From assembly GCF_018977255.1 (NCBI RefSeq), contig NW_024704742.1:8310001-8374000 (forward strand): DNA of 64,000 bases, written 5' to 3'. Shown here in pieces: positions 50,866-62,304 of this stretch. The first letter of the stretch is position 1. Each line of letters opens with the position of its first letter. The translations under genes were made by a program, and so were the position numbers. The notes beneath the pieces are model-generated. The model was not told the origin of the DNA. It saw only the letters and a program-made list of their open reading frames with translations, and did no database searches. This DNA is from Callorhinchus milii (lineage: Eukaryota).

Positions 50866-51175
50866 TACAATAATAATAATCCTTGCATTTGATATAGCGC
50901 TTTCACGTCTTCTAAACATCCCAAAGCGCTTCACAGAAAATACTGTAAAGTGAATTGACTGTATATTTGTGGGTGAAACTTGACAGCCAATTGCGCACAG
51001 CAATGTCCCACAAACAGTCGTATATTGAAAATGACCAATTTATTATTGTTTTGTTTTGGAGGGATTATTATTAGGCGTGTGGGGTAAGGAAACTTGCCCA
51101 GGTTTCGCTCTGTCTGGAATTGAACCCAGGTGTCTCGCTTGCAAGGTGAGTGCTCTAACCACTGAGCTGCAGGAC
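50866..51175 (-). mobile_element. SINE, short subfamily
   Basis: Reverse complement of 11797-12120 with moderate divergence. Confidence 0.85.
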
Positions 51176-51259
51176 CACAATCCATTCACCAAAGGAAACG
51201 GTTTCTCCCGATCTACTCTATCAAAACCCCTCATAATTTTGAACACCGCGATTAAATCT

Positions 51260-51935
51260 CCTCAGCTGTCACAAAGCACAATTTAAACCAAGCCACGACA
51301 TTGGTAAAACAAGAGAATTCACAATTATTTAGTGTGTGTGTTTTCTTCAGGGACTCACATGATGGCTTCCGTGGATTCACAGCTGATATCTGAGTTGGCC
51401 AAGAAGATTCTTGAAAATGTGATAAGTGGCTATAACAAATGTATGGATTATTATTATCTGTGTACAAAACACTACAGCGAGGGTAAGTCTGCTGACTTGT
51501 CTCACTTTGAGGAGTAAGAGACCCTTCCCCAGGAATTCTATGGGACCACAATTTGTCAAAAATTTACAACACAGACAAGCCCCCCTTGTTGTTTAAGTGC
51601 ACCCGGACACAACTTACTGCATTGAGGGACAACCCTGTACTGGAGGCAAACAACCTGAAGACCGCAGTTCCATTATTCAATTATGGTCACATACAGCCTC
51701 TCATAATAGGAAAATCAAAATCCCTGTAATGCTTCAAAAACATCAAATATCTACCGGCAAAAATGAAGCCAAAACCTGGATAACATCTGATTTTCTCCAA
51801 AAAGTGCTGTATGAAGCTCTTATTTTGCAAAACGAAGAGTTCATTGATCTTTTTGTTAATGAGGATGTAAATGAGCAATGTACTGCAGCACTAGCAGATG
51901 AAGATATCATCATCTCAGTAAGGAAGGAACTAGAC
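51260..51935 (+). mobile_element. Tigger/pogo (CENP-B-like) transposase relic
   Basis: Frameshifted motifs IYNTDKPPLLF (cf. NxDETGLF), PDTTYCIEGQPCTGGK, QPLIIGKSKS.CFKNIKYLP, KTWITSDF, LADEDIIISVR. Confidence 0.75.
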
Positions 51936-51940
51936 AAATA

Positions 51941-53852
51941 GGAGGGGGTTTGGCAATATTAATCAAGGATACGGTTATAGCCATGGAAAGGGTCGAGGTG
52001 CTGGAGGATCCCCAAAACAGAATCTATCTGGTTAACGTTAAGGAACAAAAAAGGAGTTGTTACGCTGGTAGGGGTATACTATAGACCACCAAATAGTGGG
52101 AAGGAAATAGATGAGCAGATCTGCAAGCAGATCTCAGACAGATGCAAGGCCAATAGAGTTGTGATAATGGGGGACTTTAATTATCCCAACATAGACTGGC
52201 AAAACAACAGCGCAAAGGGCAAGGAGAGGGAAAGATTGCTAAAATGCATACAGGATAACTTTCTTGATCAGTATGTTTCCAGCCCAACGAGGAAGGAAGC
52301 AGTTCTGGGGAATGAAGTAGGGCAAGTGGAGCAGGTTTCAGTGGGAGAGCATCTGGGCAATAGTGATCACAACATCATTAGATTCAGAGTGCATATGGAA
52401 AGGGACAAGGAACAATCAAAGGTGAAGATGTTCAACTGGAAGAGGGTTAATTTCAGTGAGTTAAAAAGAGACCCAGCCAAGGTGGGCTGGAAAGAAAGAT
52501 TGGCAGGTAAAACAACTAAAGGGCAGTGGGAAGTCTTCAAGGATGAGATAGCTCGGGGACAGAACAAATACATTCTGTCCCACAAAAGGGAAAAGCAGGC
52601 CAATCAAAACCTCCCTGGATGACGAAGGTAATTGTGTCTAGAATGAAGCAGAAAAAGGAGGTATATGACAAATGTCAAACCTAAGATACAGAAGACAACC
52701 AAATAGAATATAAGAAATACAGAAGAGAACTGAAAAAGGAAATAAGAGGGGCAAAATGAAAAAAGGTTAGCGGGTAACATTAAAGGAAATCCTAAAATAT
52801 TTTACAAACATATCAAGAAAAAAAGGTTAGTCAAAGGTAGGGTGGGGCCAATTAAGGACCAAGGCGGAAATCTTGTTGTGGAGGCAGAGGGCATGGCTGA
52901 TGTACTGAATGAGTACTTTGCATCTGTCTTCACAAAAGAAGCGGATGCACCAAATGCCACAATATCGGACGAGAGGGTAGAGGAAATGGATAGGATAAGT
53001 GTAAACAGAGAGGAAGAACTGAAAAGGTTGACTGGGCTCAAGGTAGATAAGTCGCCCGGTCCGGACGGGATGCAGCCAAGGATACTATGGGAGGCACGGA
53101 TACAAATAACGGAGGCTTTGGCTACAACTTTTCAATCTTCGTTGGACTCAGGGGTGGTGCCAGAGGACTGGAGAGTGGCCAATGTTACTCTTCTGTACAA
53201 AAAAGGGCAGAAGGACAATCGTCGGGAGGACGTCCCAACTACAGGCCAGAGACCTTGCCAAGGTGGACTGGAAAGAAAGATTGGCAGGTAAAACAACTAA
53301 AGGGCAGCGGGAAGTCATTTAACATTTGACAAAGTGACACATTAAAGACTTGTAAGAAAAATAGAATGGTAAAATGAGTAGACACATGGCAGATGAATTT
53401 CAATGTGGAGAAATACGAGGTAATGCATTTTGGAAGAAAGAATGAGGGGAGGCAATATAGGCTGGTAATACAATCTTAAGGGGGGTAAAGAACAGAGATA
53501 TCTGGGGGTTCAGGTAAATGAATCCTTGAAGGTGGCAGGACAGGTAGATAAAGATATAAAAAGGGCATATGGGATACAAGGCTTTATAAATAGCGGCATA
53601 GAGTACAAGAGTCAGGAGGTTATGATTAACTTATATAAAACACTGGTTAGGCCTCAATTAGAATACTGCGCCCAGTTCTGGGCAACACACTATAGGAAGG
53701 ATGTTAAGGCATTGGAAAGGGTGCAGAGGAGATTTACGAGGATGGTACCAGGAATGAGGGACCTTGATTATAAGGAAAGGCTAAAGAGGTTAGGATTATT
53801 CTCATTGGAGCAGAGAAGGTTACGAGGAGACCTAATAGAAGTCTTCAAAATC
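51941..53852 (+). mobile_element. CR1 LINE ORF2 (EN plus RT), internally deleted and rearranged
   Basis: IMGDFNYPNIDW, KSPGPDGMQPRIL, VPEDWRVANVT, LVRPQLEYCAQFW. Confidence 0.9.
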
Positions 53853-53854
53853 AC

Positions 53855-54105
53855 TGGTAAAACAAGAGAATTCACAATTATTTAGTGTGTGTGTTTTTTT
53901 CTGGGATTCACATGATGGCTTCCGTGGATTCACAGCTGATACCTGTAGTGGCCAAGAAGATTCTGATCAGGTGATGTGTGAAGCTCTTATTTTGTAAAAT
54001 GAAGAGTTCATGGATCTTGTTGTTAATGAGGATGTAAATGGGCAGTGTACTGCAGCACTGGTAGATGAAGATATCATCACTTCAGTAAGGAAAGAACTAG
54101 AGGAC
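53855..54105 (+). mobile_element. Internally deleted second copy of the Tigger relic
   Basis: Matches ~51301-51412 joined to ~51811-51934. Confidence 0.75.
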
Positions 54106-54338
54106 ATACAAGAAGCGGAGTAACCTGAAAACAACGCCATTATGCGGGTGTGAAGAGAGGCATTTAGTGTATGTGAAGGATTGCAGACCTCTGTTGTTCA
54201 ATCTGAGCCATTGGCACAAATGGCTGAAGCAGCAAAGCACAGTGGAAACTGGTTAAACCGGACACATCAGGATGACCATTTGTCCGGCTTAAGGGCATCT
54301 CAGGTTAACATTGTCTCTTCCCACCCAGCAGAGGAGCA

Positions 54339-54534
54339 GGGGCGGGGCTGCCTCCCTCCCATTGCTGGTCCCATTGGACCAATCAGCAGTGGCTCTGAGG
54401 TGATTGACAGCCTTAGAGCCACCTGTGAGTATTTGGGCTCCAGCCAATCACAAGCGGCTCCAGCTGTCAATCAATCATGAGTTGACTCCTCCCATTCCCT
54501 CCCTCGTTCTTCTCTGTTCCTCACTGATTGACAG
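54339..54534. promoter_or_regulatory. Promoter-like motif cluster (GC box, three CCAAT, three TGATTGACAG)
   Basis: GGGGCGGGGC at 54339; ATTGG/CCAAT at 54373, 54379 and 54444; TGATTGACAG at 54401, 54464 (reverse) and 54525. Confidence 0.45.
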
Positions 54535-56229
54535 CCCAACTCCAGCCGCTTGTGAATGGCTGGAGTCCACTGTCTGAGATTCCTCCCAATTCCATCCCAT
54601 TTCCATCCCTTTCATTCCAGTCAACAACGCTTCAACCACAATCAATGCACAAGTCTCGTTCGTTTTATCTTGAAACCCACTTATGGCGACAGAATCCGCT
54701 CAGTCCCCGCAATGTCGACATAAACAGTTAGGACTGTTCTCAGATAGTTAAGCAAGTCATATAACTATGGAGCACTGTGAGAAGAAATGATTAAAACAAA
54801 TAGATTTGGAATTGGAATTTGAGACAAGGTAGTGGACTGGGGAGTAAGCAGGTCAGAAAGGTACAGAGGTGCCAGGACATAATGTGATTTCTAAACAAGT
54901 GAGAGGATCCTGAAGTCGATCCATTCTGTGATAGGGAGCCAGTGGAGCCTGGTGAGGACCGGTGTGATGGGGGTACGGCATAATGGAGGTATGGAGTGTA
55001 GTGCTGGTTTTGAATTAGAGAGTATTCAATTAGTTGGACTTTATGGATAGTGGAGCTGGGGAGACTGGCAAGGAGGGCATTGGAATAGTTGGGAGTTGGA
55101 GAGACTGGCGAGGAGGGCATTAGAATAGTTGAGACGGGAGGTGACCAAGGCGTGAATGAAGGTTGCGGCTGCATTGACATATGGTTGGAAGCAGGCAATG
55201 TGATGGAGGTGGAGGAAGGCGGTCCTCGTTAGGGACCGGATGTGCTGAGGAAGGACAGCTTGGGATCAACTCTGATGTCAAGGTTACGCACAAGTTCAGT
55301 AAGTATCAGGGAAAGGCCAAGGAGATTGAGGGGATAAGAACCACAGAAGACATTGATGGGAGCCAAGGAGTATGGCTTCCATCTTGACAACATTCCCAGG
55401 AATGAAGGTATGGTCAAAGAGGAAGTTATTGATAAGCTGAACCAGAAAAAAACTGTTTCCACTGGCATGTGGGTCAGTAACCTGAGGACAATGATTTAAG
55501 ATAGTTGTTAACAGAAACGGGGGGGGGGGTAGGAATTTTTTTTTACCCAGTGAGTTGTTTGGATCTGGAATGCATTACCTTAAAGTGTAGTGGAAGCCGA
55601 TTCAATGACAACTTTTAAGAGTGAAGTAGATGGGTATTTGGGGAGGACAGGATTGCAGGGCGAAGGAGAGAAAGCGGACCAGTGGGATTGAGTTGGATTG
55701 GTCTTTTAGGAGCGGGGGAGACATGATGGGCCAAATGGCCTCTTTCTGTGCTATATGATTCTATTATTCTATGATTCAACTTCAGGTGGTTTGCGTTCAT
55801 CCAGCCTTGATGTCTAACAAACAAGCTGATAGAGCATTGGTGGACCTGGAGTTACAGCTGGAGGAGAAGTAGATTTGGGTGTCAGTCGGACACATGTGGA
55901 ATTTGAACCCATATTTGCAGATCACATTGCTGAGAGGGAGCATGTAAATCAAGAAAAGAAAGGGGGCCAAGGATGTGCCCCACCCTGACCGCTCCACCAC
56001 TCAACATTTCTGCCCCCACTTTCTAGAACTCCATCCTTGAATCGCTCCACCGCACCCCGTCCCATGGCGCCTTCAAGATCCATCTCAAGAACTTACTCTT
56101 TGACCATGTGCAAACCCTTAACTTTCCAGCACCATGGTTCTCCCGACGTGAAATGAGCTATCAATGTTGCTGTTGGCAAGGTCTTTAGAGAGGAAAAGCA
56201 AGTTAGAAATGGGCCAATAGTTTGTAAGT

Positions 56230-57100
56230 GATTACCTCATTGTAGGTAACAACACAATACGATATTTTGAATATGCAGAACTAAAGGACACGACTGCAAA
56301 AACAGCAATAAATAATACCAAACAAATGTTAGTGCAGCGTGGAATACCCAAGACTGTAATCAGTGATAATGAATTACAATTCATGAGTACCCCATATAGA
56401 AAACCCACAAAGAGCTGAGGATAGAGCACAGGACAGGGTCACCCCAGGATATCCACAGAGCAACGGGAGGGCAGAGAGAACAGTCCAGGCAATAAAGAAA
56501 ATGTGGGAAAAAAACAAAAAATACCAGGGGACAAACACTTGGCAATCCTGGCATACAGGAACATGCCAATAGAGAACAAAGAAAGGTGACTGTACCATTA
56601 TTGTCACAGGTATTATGGGACTTGCTAACAGGCAGAGAAAAGATTATTTCATCTTCTCTGTGCCTGTGGTTTTAGAGATCGATGCTGAGATGAAGCAAAA
56701 AAAACTGTTTCAAAACGGTGAAAAACTATGGATGACAGTGGGCAGTAAGTCCATGTTTGATTGGTAGTTTTTTTCTTGAATATTTCTTAATTTATGGCAT
56801 AATTACAGAAATATTCAATCAAGAAAATGTATTTTGTTGGACGACCATAAAGGTTGGCCATCAATGGTGTAGAAACACATATCAAGACAGAAGGGTGGAC
56901 AAAGATAAAATGTTGAAAACTGATTTTAAAAATTCCAGGATCATATTGGATACAAGACAAAATATATATGCCCAGAGAGATGAGGAAAAAAGGCCATGGA
57001 ACAGAAAGAGGAACAGAATTGAGTAAAAAAGAAAAGTAGACCAGAGAAAAGAAGGAACAAGCACAAGATCAGGAAGAAAGATTAGATGAGCAGAAAGATT
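56230..57100 (+). mobile_element. Gypsy LTR retrotransposon integrase relic
   Basis: YFEYAELKDTTAKT...RGIPKTVISDNELQFMS, TPGYPQSNGRAERTVQAIKKM, terminal TRSGRKIR. Confidence 0.8.
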
Positions 57101-57318
57101 AATTGAACATGACAGAAGAAAAGAGACGAGAGCAAGGAAGATGTGGTTTTATTACTGTAATAATTAAGGACAATTAAGAAAGAGACAATAAGGTGAAGAC
57201 ACAAAGTATAAAAGGTCACTGGCAAATTAACAAACTGGTGTTGTTATGGCTGTTAGATTGGAGCTTTGGGTTGAGCCCCAATAACCTGAATAACACCAGC
57301 AAAGCTCCTTCACACAAA

Positions 57319-57785
57319 GCTGATAGTGTGTGCACATGGACTGATAGTGTGTGCACATGGTTTGATAGTGTGTGCACATGGGCTGATAGTGTGTGCACAT
57401 GGGCTGATAGTGTGTGCACATGGGCTGATAGTGTGTGCACATGGGCTGATAGTGTGTGCACATGGGGTGATAGTGTGTGCACATGGGCTGATAGTGTGTG
57501 CACATGAGCTGATAGTGTGTGCATATGGTTTGATAGTGTGTGCACATGGGCTGATAGTGTGGGCACATGGGCTGATAGTATGTGCACATGGGCTGAGAGT
57601 GTGTGCACATGGACTGATAGTGTGTGCACATGGGCTGATAGTGTGTGCACATGGGCTGATAGTGTGTGCACATGGGCTGAGAGTGTGTGCACATGGGCTG
57701 AGAGTGTGTGCACATGGGCTGATAGTGTGTGCACATGGGCTGATAGTGTGTCCACATGGACTGATAGTGTGTGCACATATGTGCA
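57319..57785. repeat. 21-mer minisatellite (GCTGATAGTGTGTGCACATGG)n
   Basis: About 22 tandem copies. Confidence 0.95.
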
Positions 57786-57998
57786 CATGCGCTGTCCGAC
57801 ACCTCGGGAGTCTTCACTGCAAAATTTTCCTCTTCTCACCAACTCAGCCACTCACCACCCCAAGAGGTGTGTGTGTGTGTGGGGGGAGAGAGAGAGAGAA
57901 ATGAGACAAAGATCCAATCAGAAGAGACCTGCGAGAAAAAGTGATTCATTCACAATATCCGGCAGTGTATTCAGCAGCTGCCTCACATCTGTACGTAC

Positions 57999-58023
57999 CT
58001 GTCCTCGGTGTCACTGACTGTGT
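57999..58023 (-). CDS. APOL-like exon 2 (25-nt mini-exon)
   Basis: ACAG|AC ACA GTC AGT GAC ACC GAG GAC AG|GTACGT; phases 1 and 2 link exon 1 and exon 3 in frame (DTVSDTEDR). Confidence 0.7.
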
Positions 58024-59552
58024 CTGTTGAACAAGGGAGAAACAGGAGCCATTATCACTGGTTATTATCTGGTACCAACAGAGTGAACAGACACAATCCT
58101 GACTGATACAGCGACCATACAGGAGGGAATGTCCTCACCACTCGCGGGTAAACAAAGCGTTCTCCCCTCAGCAGCGACAGGAGCAGAGCAGCAATGTGGC
58201 AGCTCTACTGTTTGGGTTTGGCTTCTTTCCTGACAAACACAGTGGGTCACACAGGAGCCGCGAGTGGGGAACACTCAATATAACAGAGACTCAGAGACAC
58301 AGCAAAAACTGCCGGCAACAGAGAAATGAAACACACACATAGATACTGTACCCTCCACAGACACACACACACACACTCAGACACCGTCCCCAACAGACAC
58401 CGTCCCCAACACACACACGCGCATACACATATACACACAGACACCATCTTCAACACACAAACACTGTCCCCCACACATACACACACACACACCCACACAC
58501 ATACTCACACACACAGACACTGTCCCTCACACACACACCCACACAGACACCGTATCCAACACACACGCACACACTGTCCCCAACACAGCAACACACACCA
58601 GCCCCAACACACATACACACACACAGACACTGTCCTCAACACAGACGCACAGACATTGTCTCCAACACACACATACACACACTCACAGACAAGATCCCCA
58701 ACCAACAGACACCATCCCCAACACACACACAGTCACCGTCATCCACACACACCCACACACACAGACACCATCCCCCACACACACAGACACGGTCCCCTGC
58801 ACACCATAAGACCATAAGACATAGGAGCAGGAGTAGGACATTCGGCCCCTCGAGCCTGTCCCGCCATTTAATACGATCATCGCTGATCCTCTAATCTAAT
58901 TCCATTTTCCAGCTTATCCCCATATCTCTTAATGCCTCTATCCTTTAGAAATCTTTCAACCTCAGTCTTGTTACACCACATCTACTGGTTCCCCCCTATC
59001 TAACCGACTAGTTACATCCCCAAAAACTGTTCAAAATAATTTCCCTTTTGTAAAGCCATGTTGACTGCCTAATCATGTTATGATTTTCTAAGTACCCCAC
59101 AACGACGTTCCTAATTAAGGACTCGCAAACGCAGACACACAGGCAGACACGGTCCCCAACACACACGCACACACACACGTAGACATGGTCCCCAACATAC
59201 ACACACATACACACACACGAGCACACAGACACCGTTCTCAACACACACACTGTCTCCCACATACACCCACAGACACCATCTCAACACACAGACACCGTCC
59301 CCAACACACACACAGACACCGTCTCCAACACACACACAGACACCGTCCCCAACACACCCACAGACACCGTCCCCAACACACACACAGACACCGTCCCCAA
59401 CACACACACAGACACCGTCCCCAACATACTCACAAACACTGTCCCCAACACCATCCCTGACAATATAAAGACTCACAGAGGCACAGTGATGGGAACGAGA
59501 TTAAAATAAATCAATATTTTCATTAAAAAACAGTAGAAAGCTTTGCTCTCAC

Positions 59553-59574
59553 CTGGTGTTGGGATCAGTGCCAT
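59553..59574 (-). CDS. APOL-like coding exon 1
   Basis: cacacaATGG Kozak context; MALIPTP; CAG|GTGAG donor; phase fits exon 2. Confidence 0.62.
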
Positions 59575-61263
59575 TGTGTGACTGGTCCCCAACAATCAAC
59601 AGTTCTCACAATAACTGAAACCTCAGCTTCAAGTGAAGGTGAACAACATCTTTCTCTTTAATCACCACTGAACCCTGAACTCCCCATCACTGCTCCCCGA
59701 GCCCTGCTCACTCCCCCCAGCCCTGCTCACTCCCCCCAGCCCTGCTCACTCCCCCCAGCCCTGCTCACTCCCCCCCCAGCCCTGCTCACTCCCCCCCAGC
59801 CCCGCTCACTCCCCAGCCCCGCTCACTCCCCGGCCCTGCTCACTCCCCCCCCAGCCCTGCTCACTCCCCCCCAGCCCTGCTCACTCCCCCCCAGCCCTGC
59901 TCACTCCCCCCCAGCCCTGCTCACTCCCCCCCAGCCCTGCTAACTCCCCCCCAGCCCTGCTCACTCCCCCCCAGCCCCGCTCACTCCCCCCAGCCCTGCT
60001 CACTCCCCGGCCCTGCTCACTCCCCCCAGCCCTGCTCACTCCCCCCCCAGCCTTGCTCACTCCCCCCCAGCCCTGCTCACTCCCCAGCCCTGCTCACTCC
60101 CCCCCAGCCCTGCTCACTCCCCCCGCCCGCTCACTCCCCCCCCAGCCCTGCTCACTCCCCAGCCCTGCTCACTCCCCCCAGCCCTGCTCACTCCCCCCAG
60201 CCCTGCTCACTCCCCCGGCCCTGCTCACTCCCCCCAGCCCTGCTCACTCCCCCCGGCCCTGCTCACTCCCCCCCGGCTCTGCTCACTATTCACTGCTCAC
60301 ATAACACAGCCCAAAGCCATGGTACACAGTTCAGTAACCCGACATAGCAGAGATCACAACAACAATGGAGTTGACATCGTGATCAGGTCATACCCTCAAT
60401 TCATCTCAGAATAAAGGACAGATGGACAGGTTGTTAAAGAGGAGGGAATGTACAAGAGAAGTTGACGAAGAGTTGAACAACACTGTGAGGTCAAACCTCA
60501 ACGATTTATCATAACATTTTTTTCACACATTCATAAGAGACATTTAATCAACATTCTACAATATTAATATTTCCTGATATATAGACAGTGAATGTTCATA
60601 TTTAGATCTGTTGTATTTTACAGATTTACAATAACCCTCACCCTAACCCTCTGTTTTCTTCCCATTAGCCACTCTCCAATCCAAGATAATAGATAACCTT
60701 TAATTCCATGGGCTCTAATCTTATGTAACAGAGTTTTATGTGGCACCTGTCGAATGCCTTCTGGAAATCCAGTTACACCACATCTACTGCTTCCCCCCTA
60801 TCTAACCGACTAGTTACATCCTCAAAAATCTATAAGATTTGTTCAACATAATTTCCCTTTCGTAAAGCCATGTTGACTGCCTAATCATGTTATAATTTTC
60901 TCAGAACCCCACAACGACGTCCCAAATTAAGGACTCGCAGACGCAGACAAACACGGTCCCCAACACACACACACACACACACACGTAGACATGGTCCCCA
61001 ACATACACACACACTTACACACGCACACACAGACACCGTTCTAGACACATACACTGTCTCCCACATACACCCACAGACACCGTCCCCAACACACCCACAG
61101 ACACCGTCCCCAACACACTCACAGACACCGTCCCCAACACACACAGACACCGTCCCCAACACCATCCCTGACAATATAAAGACTCACAGAGGCACAGTGA
61201 TGGGAACGAGATTAAAATAAATCAATACTTTCATTAAAAAACAACAGAAAGCTTTGCTCTTAT

Positions 61264-61285
61264 CTGGTGTTTGGATCAGTGCCAT
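61264..61285 (-). pseudogene. Duplicate of APOL-like exon 1 with inactivated donor
   Basis: ATGGCACTGATCCAAACACCAG is followed by ATAAG instead of GTGAG. Confidence 0.6.
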
Positions 61286-62304
61286 TGTGTGACTGGTCCC
61301 CAACAATCAACAGTTCTCACAATAACTGAAACCTCAGCTTCAAGTGAAGGTGAACAACATCTTTCTCTTTAATCACCACTGAACCCTGAACTCCCCATCA
61401 CTGCTCCCCGAGCCCTGCTCACTCCCCCCCAGCCCTGCTCACTCCCCCCCAACCCCGCTCACTCCCCCCCAGCCCTGCTCACTCCCCGGCCCCGCTCACT
61501 CCCCGGCCCTGCTCACTCCCCCCCAACCCTGCTCACTCCCCCCCAGCCCTGCTCACTCCCCCCCAGCCCTGCTCACTCCCCAGCCCTGCTCACTCCCCAG
61601 CCCTGCTCCCTCCCCGGCCCCGCTCACTCCCCGGCCCCGCTCACTCCCCAGCCCTGCTCAACCCCCAACCCTGCTCCCCAGCCCTGCTCACTCCCCAGCC
61701 CTGCTCACTCCCCAGCCCTGCTCACTCCCCCCAGCCCTGCTCACTCCCCCCCAGCCCTGCTCACTCCCCAGCCCTGCTCACTCCCCCCCAGCCCTGCTCA
61801 CTCCCCAGCCCTGCTCACTCCCCCCCAGCCCTGCTCACTCCCCAGCCCTGCTCACTCCCCCCAGCCCTGCTCACTCCCCAGCCCTGCTCACTCCCCCCCA
61901 GCCCTGCTCCCCCAGCCCTGCTCACTCCCCAGCCCTGCTCACTCCCCCCCCCCCGCCCTGCTCACTCCCCCCCAGCCCTGCTCACTCCCCCCCAGCCCTG
62001 CTCACTCCCCAGCCCTGCTCACTCCCCCCCCCGCCCTGCTCACTCCCCCAGCCCCGCTCACTCCCCCCAGCCCTGCTCACTCCCCCGGCCCTGCTCACTC
62101 CCCCCGGCTCTGCTCACTATTCACTGCTCACATAACACAGCCCAAAGCCATGGTGCACAGTTCAGTAACCCGACATAGCAGAGATCACAACAACAATGGA
62201 GTTNNNNNNNNNNNNNNNNNNNNNNNNNNNNNNCAAGTACTGTACCTGGCCGGTAAGGAGATCGAACCAACTATCTGGCACAGTGTCCTCTTCCGCCTTT
62301 CAAT

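Larger units (their letters stand above)
58970..62203. repeat. Tandem duplication (58970-60372 vs 60772-62203) containing APOL-like exon 1 and (CAGCCCTGCTCACTCCCCC)n arrays
   Basis: Colinear matches from gttacaccacatctactg to caacaatggagtt; VNTRs at 59695-60285 and 61405-62115. Confidence 0.9.

Noticed and set aside
51351..51482. Apparent plus-strand 132-nt exon with good AG and GTAAGT sites
   Set aside because: It lies within the Tigger transposase relic, has no partner exons, and its duplicate has lost the acceptor.
53526..53885. 119-aa ORF with an identical inverted twin at 62648-63007 as a gene pair
   Set aside because: It is the CR1 reverse-transcriptase C-terminus within the inverted duplication.
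57319..57785. CRISPR-like regular array (also 10133-11131 and 18003-18208)
   Set aside because: Head-to-tail repeats without unique spacers, in a eukaryotic context with no cas genes.
59695..62115. Immunoglobulin switch-like GGGCT/GAGCA repeats
   Set aside because: No immunoglobulin exons are present; an ordinary G-rich VNTR explains it.
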